IMG/VR virus record: IMGVR_UViG_3300037225_000466
Location: 12,845-76,844 of that record
Source of the DNA: a virus
Reading direction: 5' to 3' (one strand)
DNA length: 64,000 nucleotides
In this document: positions 7,360 through 16,881 of the stretch, piece by piece
Layout: each line of letters opens with the position of its first letter
Numbering within the stretch: position 1 is the stretch's first letter
Notes under the pieces: generated by a model
Told to the model about the DNA's origin: nothing
The model's input: the letters and a program-made list of their open reading frames with translations, nothing else
Database searches by the model: none
Translations under genes and position numbers: made by a program

Positions 7360-10064
7360 AAGTACATCCTCCTAAAAGCGTCCTCCATATTTCCCTTCCA
7401 GCCAATCGCCGTATTCTGAGCGTAAATATCATATTGTATCATTCGCTGTTTATTCCAACCGAGTTCTGCGAGTGAGATTATCGTGCAATCTTTGTCATCC
7501 TCGAAGACCTCTGAAAAGCAGCAGGCAATTATAATATTATGAGTTTCTCCATACTTTGCCCTGATTTCAGGCAGGATTAATCTGAAAGTGAGATGGTCGC
7601 CCTGACCATTATTCAAAACTATAAATTTATCTTTTTTCAATTCGTACCCACAGCTTTGTAAATATTCGATTGCCTTTAAATCATCATGCTCCCAGAGCCA
7701 CGAATCCTTGAAACTCCTAATTCCTCCGCCAGTCATTTCCCTGAAATGCCAGACCGTTGTTTTATTTGTGACTTTCAGTTTCCAGCCTAAGCGGAAAATC
7801 TTGTGAGAGAAAATCGGCTCTTCCTGATGCCCAACTGGACTTAAATTCATAGGGTAGCCACCCGCCTTAATCCCAATCCATCTACGGTAGATAAAAGTCG
7901 AGTAGAGATGCTCAAACTCCCTGTCCTCTCCTGTCCAATGATACCATTCAGGGCAAACATCAAAGAAGTTCATCCTATAATTGCAAGACCTTGTGTAAGA
8001 CGGCAAAGGCATGATTGGTTGATTGGAATGCCAGACGTTCTGTCCTTGAGCTCCAGTCTGCCAGTCCATGTGGTCTAAAAGAATTTTTAAGGTGTCTGGT
8101 TCTGGAATATTATCGTCGTCCAGTCTCCAGATAATATCGCAGTTCGAATCATACAACATTCTTTGATGATTCTGGACTTGTCCCTTCATATTGCCCTTGG
8201 TCACGAAAACTTGGATTCCCTTATTAAAGAGAAGTCCGAAGATATAAGCGTAAAGTGGCGGCATATTTTTCTCGAAGTCAATCGCCTCTTCTGAATCGTC
8301 ATAGATTATAAGTTTCTGCGGCGGTCTGGTCTGCATACAAATTCCGATGATTGCCTTGTCTAAGGTTTTATAATACCTATACTTAGTCGAAATTTCCGCC
8401 CAGACTATCGCTTCTTTGGTGTCGTACCACTTACAGAAAAGCAGGTCCGTCGGTTCTCCAGTAGGATAAGGCATGAGTTGCCCATTATTCCATAAGTAAA
8501 GAATCTCAAACTCAGGTAAGTCCTTTTCCTGAATCCCATGACGGACATGGTGCGGTTCCCAGAAGCCCACGGGCTCGTTGAAAGGCATAGTGATAATTAG
8601 CTTCTTGCAGTATTTCTTTAACTCTTGAGCAATCTGCAAGCCGTTCTCCAAGTGCTCTAAAACCTCTAAGGCTATAATTGTATCAATAGGTTCAAAGTCT
8701 TCTTCTTTTGAAAACTTTTCCATTGCAGCGAGTTGCTCTTCGATGGTATGGCACTCGAACTTTATATTCTCGGTCCCGTATTCTTTCTCTGCGAGTTTTA
8801 TAACTTCGGGGTCTTTGTCCACTCCAAGGTATTGTAGGTTAGGGATGTCCTTTAAGAAGCGGGTTCCGTAACCATTAGAACAGCCGAGTTCAAGGATTCG
8901 ATTACCTGTAAGACTTCTGCGAGTCCATTCGTAGCGGGACTGTTCCCGAACATAGAGAGGGTTGTCTTTCAAGAAAATAGCTCTCTCGCAGTTATTGCCG
9001 TATTGTTCCTGTGCGTTTTTGGGGAGTTGATTCAAAACTTTTCGCCCTGTTTCTTCTGCTTGTTTTATAAGATTAGGTGGTGCGATTTTGACAGCTTCTT
9101 CGACAGGAATAGTTTTTGCATCTTTCTCAAACCTGCAAACTTCCATAGATATTTGCACCGATTTAATTATCTGACCATTCTCAACTTCGTTCCAAAACAA
9201 AGGACTTGACTTGGTTTGGGTGAAACCTGCTTCTTTAAGTTTATTCTTAATCAAGTCGAAGCCTTTGAATTTTGGATTTAGTTCGGCGTGGATTTCCATA
9301 TAAATATGAGAGAACTTTCTTAAAGTCTGTAAGTCCGAATTAAGGATTATCTCGTATTCTGAGCCTTCGACATCGAGTTTTAAGGCAAGGTTTTCTTGAC
9401 CTTTGACCAAATCCTTTAAAGTAATTGTCTTGGCTTTTTGACCTTTATCGCTGACCACAAAAATCTCGCCCTGTTGCTCCAAGAATAAATCGATCTTTCC
9501 TACTCCCCAGACAGCCTTATTGACCAAGGTTACTTTGTCCGAAGCCCCGCAATGCTCAATATTTAATTTAAGCAAAGCAAGATTCTCTTTCGCTGGCTCA
9601 ACCGCAATAACTTTTTCCGCACCCATCTTTAACGCTAAGAGAGTAACAAACCCTCTGTTCGCACCGACATCAATTAAGGTCTTGCCTTTAATTTCTTCGC
9701 CGAGACCATAGCCATTATTAATAATAACTTCTTTATAAATTCCTTCATGCTGTTTTTCGAGAAAAGACAAATCCATATTTTGTATGTCTACTGAAACAGG
9801 AGCCTCTGTCAGAATTTTTACTCCTTCAACTGCGACTTCGAATATATCTTGTTTTTGCAGTTCGTCGAATACGTCTCCTGTTTTAATCATTGATTGGACA
9901 CCGCCCATTTTATAGGGGGGCTTACGTTCTTTTGCTGTTTCAGCAAAATCGTTTTCTTTTTTGATTGTCATTATCTTTTCCCACCCTCTCCTCGCCGCAT
10001 CCCTTACGTCCTGCGGAAAATTCTTATTGTTTGCTATGTCTAATAAAGACGGTTCTTTCTTCAC
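7356..10064 (-). CDS. Multidomain FkbM methyltransferase + class I SAM methyltransferase + GT2 + GT9 N-terminal-like segment
   Basis: IDVGANRG/AVEP/LKLDVEGSE (FkbM); LELGCSNG/EVLEH (SAM MT); IIYDD/RLDDD (GT2); NNGQGDHLTF (GT9-like). Confidence 0.85.
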   Translation of the reverse strand: MKKEPSLLDIANNKNFPQDVRDAARRGWEKIMTIKKENDFAETAKERKPPYKMGGVQSMIKTGDVFDELQKQDIFEVAVEGVKILTEAPVSVDIQNMDLSFLEKQHEGIYKEVIINNGYGLGEEIKGKTLIDVGANRGFVTLLALKMGAEKVIAVEPAKENLALLKLNIEHCGASDKVTLVNKAVWGVGKIDLFLEQQGEIFVVSDKGQKAKTITLKDLVKGQENLALKLDVEGSEYEIILNSDLQTLRKFSHIYMEIHAELNPKFKGFDLIKNKLKEAGFTQTKSSPLFWNEVENGQIIKSVQISMEVCRFEKDAKTIPVEEAVKIAPPNLIKQAEETGRKVLNQLPKNAQEQYGNNCERAIFLKDNPLYVREQSRYEWTRRSLTGNRILELGCSNGYGTRFLKDIPNLQYLGVDKDPEVIKLAEKEYGTENIKFECHTIEEQLAAMEKFSKEEDFEPIDTIIALEVLEHLENGLQIAQELKKYCKKLIITMPFNEPVGFWEPHHVRHGIQEKDLPEFEILYLWNNGQLMPYPTGEPTDLLFCKWYDTKEAIVWAEISTKYRYYKTLDKAIIGICMQTRPPQKLIIYDDSEEAIDFEKNMPPLYAYIFGLLFNKGIQVFVTKGNMKGQVQNHQRMLYDSNCDIIWRLDDDNIPEPDTLKILLDHMDWQTGAQGQNVWHSNQPIMPLPSYTRSCNYRMNFFDVCPEWYHWTGEDREFEHLYSTFIYRRWIGIKAGGYPMNLSPVGHQEEPIFSHKIFRLGWKLKVTNKTTVWHFREMTGGGIRSFKDSWLWEHDDLKAIEYLQSCGYELKKDKFIVLNNGQGDHLTFRLILPEIRAKYGETHNIIIACCFSEVFEDDKDCTIISLAELGWNKQRMIQYDIYAQNTAIGWKGNMEDAFRRMYL

Positions 10065-11878
10065 AGTATCTCCTTAAATGTATCTATAAGTGTTTGTTTT
10101 GAAAAATTATTGACTATATATTCTTGGAATGACTTTGTTAAAAATGACAATGAATCTGGATTGTTGTACACATTTATAATACTACCAGCAAAATGTTCAG
10201 GGTCATCGTTCCCAGAAACTATCGGCATCCCCTGCCATCCTATATTCGTTGAAATTATCGGTACTCCATAATACATGGCTTCCACCACTTTCCCTTTAAC
10301 TCCCGCACCATACCTCAAAGGCACTATACAGATTCTTGCGTTTTTATAATACTCGGCGAGTTCGGGGTCGGTTACAAAGTGGTCTGGGATAACTATGTTT
10401 TGTGAGTACTTAAAACTTGCTAAAGTTATATCCAAAGGTATATCTGAACCTATGATTGTCAGCTTCATTTCGGGGATTTCTTTTAAAACCAAAGGAAAAA
10501 TCTCATTAATAAACCATAGGATACCGTCTACGTTGGGGGAGTGTTTGAACCCTCCGACAAAAATCAGACCATCACCTAATTGCTCCCTTTTTGGTGGGTC
10601 ATCATAAACATAGGGCTGAATAACCCGACCTTTTTTAACTAAATCAATTTCTTCCTGACTCGGATAAAGAATCTCATCGGCTAATTCAAAGATTTCGGTC
10701 TCTAATTCATAATACTTTATAAAAGTATGGAAAAGATTCGTCTTCTTTTTAATCTCATATTCTTTCCTTGCCCTTAAATAATGTAAGTCATGCCCATAAT
10801 AAAGAATTTTAGCATGGGTTTTATCTTTTAAGAGTTTAGCCCAATTCAAACTTTCAGGTCGACAGCACAAAACATAGTCAAATTTACTTGAATTTTCTAA
10901 AATAAAGTCTTTTCCCTCAATTATTTCGATTCCATTTTGCTCAAGTTGAGAAGTGTAAGGTTCTGGAGTTTCTCCATTCAAAGGAAGGAATTTTATATTA
11001 AGATTCATTTCAATAAATATGTCCAAAAACGCCATTACAGTCTTATCTCCAGCTCCTTTGTCGTATTGAGGGATATAATCTATACACAAAATTGTTTTTT
11101 TGCCACGACTCCTATCTCTTCCGTGGAAAATATCCATGACTCTTGGACTATATTCGGATAAGTCCCATTTTTTTGCAAAGATTTTCTGGTGCTCTGTAAC
11201 TTTAAACTCTTTTTTGCCATCAGCACTCCCTCCGCTTATGTGGACAATCTCACTTAGAGGTTGATAGACTACTTTTAGTCCAATTTTTCTTACTTTAAAG
11301 CAAAAATCCACATCTTCGGTGTATGCAGGATAGTAACGTTCGTCAAATCCGCCACATAAATCCCATGTAGAGCGTTTGAACATCATACAGGCACCGCTGG
11401 CATAGTCCACTTCTTTGAAATAATTAAATCTCGGAGCGTTAGGATCCTCGCCTACTCCATAATTTATCGCACTGCCGTCATTAAAGATAATAGCAACGGC
11501 TTCTACAAGTGTCCCATCAGGATATACTTGCTTACCACCTACCAATCCAATATCGTCAGAATATTCAAATGTTCTTTTAAGCCAGTAAAGCCACTTAGAC
11601 TTAACCATGGTGTCATTATTAAGGAGTACGATATAGTCGTCAGGGTTCATATCTATTGCATTGAGAGTATTATTGCAGTTATTGAGATAACCTTGGTTAA
11701 AAGAATGGATATAGACAGTAATTCGAGGGTCATGTATATTAAAAAATGGTTGTCCTTCGGGCGATGCGTCCTCACTAACAATAATTTTATAGTCTCCTTC
11801 CGTATTTTTAAGAATTGAGTCTATGCAATTTGCAGTAAGAATCCATTTACCATAAGTAGGTATAATGATATATATCAA
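10061..11878 (-). CDS. Fused GT2 + GT4 glycosyltransferase
   Basis: IIIPTY, VSEDAS, LLNNDT, GGFDERY..YTEDVD (GT2); FVGGFKHSPNVDG and PLRYGAGVKGKVVEAM (GT4). Confidence 0.9.
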   Translation of the reverse strand: MIYIIIPTYGKWILTANCIDSILKNTEGDYKIIVSEDASPEGQPFFNIHDPRITVYIHSFNQGYLNNCNNTLNAIDMNPDDYIVLLNNDTMVKSKWLYWLKRTFEYSDDIGLVGGKQVYPDGTLVEAVAIIFNDGSAINYGVGEDPNAPRFNYFKEVDYASGACMMFKRSTWDLCGGFDERYYPAYTEDVDFCFKVRKIGLKVVYQPLSEIVHISGGSADGKKEFKVTEHQKIFAKKWDLSEYSPRVMDIFHGRDRSRGKKTILCIDYIPQYDKGAGDKTVMAFLDIFIEMNLNIKFLPLNGETPEPYTSQLEQNGIEIIEGKDFILENSSKFDYVLCCRPESLNWAKLLKDKTHAKILYYGHDLHYLRARKEYEIKKKTNLFHTFIKYYELETEIFELADEILYPSQEEIDLVKKGRVIQPYVYDDPPKREQLGDGLIFVGGFKHSPNVDGILWFINEIFPLVLKEIPEMKLTIIGSDIPLDITLASFKYSQNIVIPDHFVTDPELAEYYKNARICIVPLRYGAGVKGKVVEAMYYGVPIISTNIGWQGMPIVSGNDDPEHFAGSIINVYNNPDSLSFLTKSFQEYIVNNFSKQTLIDTFKEIL

Positions 11879-12261
11879 AACATTTCTCCAGCTTTTTTCT
11901 GCAAAATCGTTGGGTCTATTTTTAAGGCTCTATTGCTTGCGGGTTCTTTTTTGACTAAGGACCCAGGGTTCAGGAGCTCTTGATGGAGTGTTCCGCCGTC
12001 GAACCAAACACAGCCGACGATCGGGTAAGTCTCAGGCGTTGGTCCGCATAAAGTCTTTACAGTCATTGCAGGACCTCCTGATTTCAGATAAACGATGTCT
12101 CCTATTTCAAAAGTTTCTATAAATTCAATCTCCTTAATTTTCCCGTACTGTATTCTAAAAATTGTGTTGCAGTTATAGCATAAATAAAATTGCATTGCAT
12201 CATTTCTTAGGGGTTGTCCTAAATATTCCGTAGCCTCTGAACCGCATTTTGGACAGGTCAT
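11875..12261 (-). CDS. Zinc ribbon + YodC/DUF2158-like domain protein
   Basis: CPKC...CYNC; FEIGDIVYLKSGGPAMTV...CVWFDG. Confidence 0.7.
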   Translation of the reverse strand: MTCPKCGSEATEYLGQPLRNDAMQFYLCYNCNTIFRIQYGKIKEIEFIETFEIGDIVYLKSGGPAMTVKTLCGPTPETYPIVGCVWFDGGTLHQELLNPGSLVKKEPASNRALKIDPTILQKKAGEMF

Positions 12262-12531
12262 TTATTCCTCCACCACTTTAAATCCTTCACGGATATTAAT
12301 TAATTTGCCTTCCGCCCACTTTTTGACTGTTTCCCTGCACTTCTCAATAAAATAATCGTCGTTACTTTTCTCTTCTAAGGCACGATGGGCATAGATAACA
12401 TATTCACCTTCTCTTGCCTCATAAGGTTTACAGATACAATCTGGAGATAAGGTATGTAAATCCCTTTCCGAAGAAACTTCAAGATGTTTGAATTTCTCAG
12501 GATTTTCCTGCATTGCTTCTTCTTTTGTCAT
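12262..12531 (-). CDS. Hypothetical protein
   Basis: ORF track; H...CxCxP...H motif. Confidence 0.55.
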   Translation of the reverse strand: MTKEEAMQENPEKFKHLEVSSERDLHTLSPDCICKPYEAREGEYVIYAHRALEEKSNDDYFIEKCRETVKKWAEGKLINIREGFKVVEE

Positions 12532-12664
12532 TCCTCCACTATATAATAATCAGTTGCATCCAAAAGGTCTTCATTTAACGGCACTATTTTATCGAGGACG
12601 GCTCCGTCATACAATAAAGCCTTCATTCCTTTCCGCCACCAACTCGCCCGCAGTAATTACCACC

Positions 12665-12730
12665 TACAAAAATACCACCATGGACTTCTAATACACTACA
12701 AAAATACGAAACTCCCCGCCCAAAAGCAAG
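12665..12730 (-). promoter_or_regulatory. FCB-type promoter (tandem TATTTTTG -7 elements) for the glyco operon
   Basis: ctacaaaaatac occurs twice on the + strand (about 12665 and 12696), reading TATTTTTG on minus, with TTG upstream. Confidence 0.55.
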
Positions 12731-13680
12731 AGGTTTCAAACCTAATCCCTACCTATTAAGAAAAGCATACTCATATAGGAACTATATTATGTAAACTGAC
12801 TTTAGGGTAATACTCATAAGTAACTTAAAAATAACAAAACGAGTTCTCTATATAGTATGCTAATATACCCTGATTTCTGTAACCAAAGTAGATTTTTCTT
12901 AGCCCAAAGAATAAAAGTGTTTTCCCGAAGGTTTCTAAGACTACATTCCTCTAAGTAGTAATAATAATAAAATACTTGCTTAAGAGTCATAAAAGGCGAA
13001 AAAGAGCTATCTTAGCAACATATTTACATTACTAAGTAGTATCGCCAACTAAATCTGTCTCCAAAATCCGCTGTGGGGTGATTACTTCACTCTCTCATCC
13101 TTCAATGTGTCCCCATCCCCCCATCTGTTTTTGAGATTTCTAATCGCAAAAAATATATTTTAGGTTTCTCGATATTTAAATTAACATCCTCTAAGCAAGC
13201 AAGCAAACCAGGTATATATATTGATTAGTATATACTTTAAAAAAATAATAGTTAGGTATATATTTGTATGGTTATTAATGAGTAATCACCTACATGTATT
13301 ACTTAAATAGAGTAAGTATAATATAGATACTAAGTAAGTGCATTGCAGATATGTGATTATGTAAACTAACTTTGCGGGAATGTTGAGTAATCACCTACTT
13401 GTTTTAATTACTTTATAGTTATTGCCTGTTTTATGATATAGCTGTATTGTTATAGGTATATAGTGAAACATTAACGTTTGTTAATACTTAGTTATGTAAA
13501 CTTACTGATTGTTTATATTGCTTTTTATTTAGTTTACATAATATGTACTGTTGAATATTATACAGTTGGTTACTAATATTAGACAGTTGGTTTATATTGT
13601 ACAGTGTCTTTATTTAGTACAGGTATTGCTATTAATTAAGTTATTGTATTATAAAGAAGTTATTTATTTTTTATTTATGG
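12730..13680. other. AT-rich non-coding divergent control region with repeats (candidate origin, genome-end or enhancer region)
   Basis: No ORFs; TTATGTAAACT x4; TGAGTAATCACCTAC x2; ACAGTTGGTT tandem repeats; coding strand switches here. Confidence 0.65.
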
Positions 13681-13685
13681 GAAAT

Positions 13686-13702
13686 TTGGCATAACGTTTG
13701 CT
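13686..13702 (+). promoter_or_regulatory. Sigma54 (-24/-12) promoter for the early operon
   Basis: TTGGCATAACGTTTGCT, exact GG-N10-GC spacing, 52 nt before the first early ATG. Confidence 0.6.
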
Positions 13703-13754
13703 TATTACTATAGTAACTAATTATTTTGTTTAATATTTTTAAAAGGACTGAATT

Positions 13755-13973
13755 ATGAAAGAAGTTAAATTGTTAGAAAATTACGATATTTGTACTTTTG
13801 AAAATCAATCGCAATTTATACGTTATGATTGGGAAAATATGTTTATTAATGAGGTTATCTTTATAGAAGACGACCAAAAGTCTGATTATAATCAAGTTGG
13901 ATATTTTCATGTCATTGCCTTTGCTATTAATTCTATTACTGACAATGAAGTAATCCTAAGAATAGCAAATTAA
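13755..13973 (+). CDS. Hypothetical early protein
   Basis: ORF track; AAAAGGA RBS. Confidence 0.6.
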   Translation: MKEVKLLENYDICTFENQSQFIRYDWENMFINEVIFIEDDQKSDYNQVGYFHVIAFAINSITDNEVILRIAN

Positions 13974-13979
13974 TTTTTC

Positions 13980-14030
13980 ACGTGGTTTAACTATTAGTAG
14001 TTAAGTAACTCATTATTACAAACCACGTCA
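13980..14030 (+). ncRNA. Three-way junction, degenerate tRNA-like element
   Basis: 9-bp outer stem acgtggttt/aaaccacgt; inner aacta-ttag-tagtt; gtaa-CTCATTA-ttac in the T-arm position. Confidence 0.45.
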
Positions 14031-14080
14031 AATAATAGCATTAAGCTATTTTATGTATAATTTATTTAAAAGGTCTCAAA

Positions 14081-14662
14081 ATGGAAAACTTAACAATTAA
14101 CAAAAAGTCTGTTAAAGACGAAATTGCAGAATTAGAGGAATTACTATTATCTCCATTAATGCAAAACGCAAAACAGGGCACATCATTATTTGTTCTCAAG
14201 GCAAGTTCAGAAAAAAGTCTCAATGCCTTAAAAGCTAAGGAACAAACGGAAATTTTAAACAATGGTTATTCTCAAAGTTTGTTTGAGTGTCTTTCTGTTT
14301 TCCATGAAGATTACCCAGAGCTTAAAATTACAGTAGAACAGATTAATAAAATGGTAGAGAAAGATAAAAATATTGCTCTTGGTGCAAAACAAATTTCTAA
14401 TGGTACGAAAATTAATACACCTATTAATAGCATTGAGTTTCTTACAATTACTAATGAGAAACAAGTTTTTGCAGGCGGTTATAATGCTGTCTATAAGCAA
14501 TTAGGCATTGATATTGAAAGTCTCAAGAGTGCAAACGGTAATTTTAAACCACAGGCAAGTGGCAATCCTAAGCTAAGGGAAGCACTTAGGGATTTAGGTT
14601 ATACGGAAATGACCGTAAATTATGAAAACGGTACTAATATTGTTATTGACTTGACTAAGTAA
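14081..14662 (+). CDS. Hypothetical early protein
   Basis: ORF track; aaaaggtctcaaaATG leader. Confidence 0.75.
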   Translation: MENLTINKKSVKDEIAELEELLLSPLMQNAKQGTSLFVLKASSEKSLNALKAKEQTEILNNGYSQSLFECLSVFHEDYPELKITVEQINKMVEKDKNIALGAKQISNGTKINTPINSIEFLTITNEKQVFAGGYNAVYKQLGIDIESLKSANGNFKPQASGNPKLREALRDLGYTEMTVNYENGTNIVIDLTK

Positions 14663-14669
14663 ATTTATT

Positions 14670-14706
14670 AGGTACGGTTTGCCCGTTGGTTTACCGTACC
14701 TTTTTT
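14670..14706 (+). terminator. Intrinsic terminator inside the early region
   Basis: aggtacggt/accgtacct stem followed by a T-run. Confidence 0.65.
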
Positions 14707-14820
14707 ATTCTCAAAATAACAAGTAATTAACTTTATTAGTCTTAACTAACAAATTTAGCCCTATACAAATGTATGGGTAAACAATTTTAAGAGCTTATAA
14801 GCTAAAAGGATTGGGTAAAA

Positions 14821-15090
14821 ATGAATGAAAATATAAAATTAATTGAACAATCTCCCTTTTATGTCATTAGGAATAAAAAGGGATTGTATCTTTTTAGAAT
14901 GGATGCATCTCCAAAGAATCGTTGGACTAAATCCTGGTCTTATGGATGTTATAGTTCGATTAGTCTTAAAGAAGCAATTGGCGATAAAAATGAGTTAATT
15001 TGTCAAATGATGGATAAAAGCAAACCGTTTATTTGTACTGTTAATTACTCGATTACAATTACTAAAACTAAATATCCGAAAAAGGATTAA
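14821..15090 (+). CDS. Hypothetical early protein
   Basis: ORF track. Confidence 0.6.
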   Translation: MNENIKLIEQSPFYVIRNKKGLYLFRMDASPKNRWTKSWSYGCYSSISLKEAIGDKNELICQMMDKSKPFICTVNYSITITKTKYPKKD

Positions 15091-15123
15091 ACCTAATTAG
15101 GATTCAGGTGAAAGAGAATCCTG

Positions 15124-15166
15124 GCGGAGCAAATGGTTGATGAGAGTTCGATTCTCTCCGCTCCCC
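15124..15166 (+). ncRNA. Anticodon-less mini-tRNA
   Basis: cggagca-aatggttgat-gagag-TTCGATT-ctctc-cgctccc-c. Confidence 0.65.
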
Positions 15167-15214
15167 TAATCAGCATTAAGCTGGATTTGGCAAATTTTAT
15201 TAAAAGGTCTCAAA

Positions 15215-16273
15215 ATGAATAAAGAAACTGCAATTAACAATTTTAAAGAACAAAAGATTAATCGTCGCTGGAAATCAGTGGATTGGAAATCCAATAGACT
15301 GTATTGCGAAGGCGATTATCTTTATTCCTATGGACATCACTTTTGCCTTGCTAAAAGGATGATTCGGGACGATAAACCGTTTTATTTGCTCAATGGTGAT
15401 ACGTATAGTTCGGAAACATCTAAACATCAATCCCATGTTTTAAGAGCTATGAAACCAAACGAACATACAATCGTATCGTTTACGGCTCTCCAGACAATCG
15501 GAGCAAACTATAAAGAAATTCAAGGCGATGATATTCTGGATTTCTCAGGAGCAAAAACAATGTTAATCCATTGGAAAAATGATAGGTATTATTTAGGTCT
15601 CAAAGGCAATAAACCTTTTGGCTCCAATCAACAAGGAATGCCAATCTGGGAAAAAATTGAAAAAGATTCCGAAGGAAAGATTATTCGTAAAGAAGGATAC
15701 TGGTATATCCTGGGCGGGGTGCTTATCAATGCAAATCTTTCTACCTTAGCTAAAATCGGTGATAGGGATTTTGAAAGACAAGTGAACTATAAAGCAAAAA
15801 TCTATTGTGGGATGGACGAACGGCAATATTTTATTGCTGAACTTAATCCTGATGAAAACTATTATATCGGCACAACTAATGAGGCTGTCAAATCCTTAAT
15901 GCCTTCACGTTTACGTAATGATACCGATTCTATTATCATTCGTCAAGGCGAATGGTTTTTTAGGAAAGTGGATTTTGACTTGGAAAAATTCAGAATCGAA
16001 AAGGGATTGAGTAAAACTAAACTTAATAAAGCTATAAAGTTTATTGAGTTACCACGTCGTAACGATAGAAGTTCAAGGCACGTTGTAAGAGCATTATATC
16101 CTGAGAATGGGATTAATGAAGGTTCTACACTTGTTACAGGAAAAGTGTATCATAAAAATTCATTCAATAATCTTGCAACAGGACAACACGCAATCGTAAA
16201 TTTAGATGGCTGGTTTCAGTTTTATCATAATACAGAAGTAAGAAGTGTATCGTCTCAAGGGAAAGTTGATTAA
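15215..16273 (+). CDS. Conserved phage early protein of unknown function
   Basis: YSYGHHF...YSSETSKHQS N-terminal motif and RQGEWFF C-terminal motif. Confidence 0.75.
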   Translation: MNKETAINNFKEQKINRRWKSVDWKSNRLYCEGDYLYSYGHHFCLAKRMIRDDKPFYLLNGDTYSSETSKHQSHVLRAMKPNEHTIVSFTALQTIGANYKEIQGDDILDFSGAKTMLIHWKNDRYYLGLKGNKPFGSNQQGMPIWEKIEKDSEGKIIRKEGYWYILGGVLINANLSTLAKIGDRDFERQVNYKAKIYCGMDERQYFIAELNPDENYYIGTTNEAVKSLMPSRLRNDTDSIIIRQGEWFFRKVDFDLEKFRIEKGLSKTKLNKAIKFIELPRRNDRSSRHVVRALYPENGINEGSTLVTGKVYHKNSFNNLATGQHAIVNLDGWFQFYHNTEVRSVSSQGKVD

Positions 16274-16317
16274 TCAGCAAAGGAATCAGGGGAGTTCGAT
16301 TCTCCCCGCTGATTCTA
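16272..16317 (+). ncRNA. Anticodon-less mini-tRNA
   Basis: atcagca-aaggaatcag-gggag-TTCGATT-ctccc-cgctgat-t-cta. Confidence 0.65.
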
Positions 16318-16347
16318 ATTATTTGTTTCAAATTTAAAAGGTCTACT

Positions 16348-16446
16348 ATGTATCCAATTATTTATTTATTGTGCCTTGTGGCGATTATGTTCGGGCTTGG
16401 ATGCCTCGCATATCCACAATGGACTAAGAAAGATGAGGGTATTTAA
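16348..16446 (+). CDS. Small membrane peptide MYPIIYLLCLVAIMFGLGCLAYPQWTKKDEGI
   Basis: Own translation; aaaaggtctactATG leader; abuts the next ATG. Confidence 0.6.
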   Translation: MYPIIYLLCLVAIMFGLGCLAYPQWTKKDEGI

Positions 16447-16881
16447 ATGGGATGGGATTTCTATACCGATAAGAAAATTACCAAAAAAATGGTAGTTAGA
16501 GAACTGTCAAACCAATCATTCAAATTAATGAATGGAACAAATTGCAAGGTGGTTGCATCTCGACTTGTGTATGATTCGACCGATGATAATACCTGTAATC
16601 ATTTATGGGTGGTTAAAGAAATTAGCGGGGTTAATGATAAGGGATTACGGATTGTTGATAACTATGTTATAGTCTTATATCTCCTTAAAAAAGAAAGTGG
16701 TTGTTGGGGATATAAAGGTATGGAGGAATCTTGCGAGCCGTTCTATTACGATTGCCCGTTAGAGTTTTTGGAATACGAACTAAATTATCATACTTGCCCA
16801 GATTGGCGTAAAGCTGTCAAGGCATATCATTTCCGCAAAAATCCATTAAGTGTGGTTTTAGAAGATAAGGAGGATTTATGA
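16447..16881 (+). CDS. Conserved mobile-element protein (DUF6927-like)
   Basis: MGW start; WGYKGMEESCEPFYYDCP...WR motif; family name recalled, not searched. Confidence 0.6.
   Translation: MGWDFYTDKKITKKMVVRELSNQSFKLMNGTNCKVVASRLVYDSTDDNTCNHLWVVKEISGVNDKGLRIVDNYVIVLYLLKKESGCWGYKGMEESCEPFYYDCPLEFLEYELNYHTCPDWRKAVKAYHFRKNPLSVVLEDKEDL

Noticed and set aside
12780-13625. Possible CRISPR mini-array
   Set aside because: Repeats are only 10-18 bp, irregularly spaced and in both orientations. The Cas4-like nuclease sits in a recombination context.
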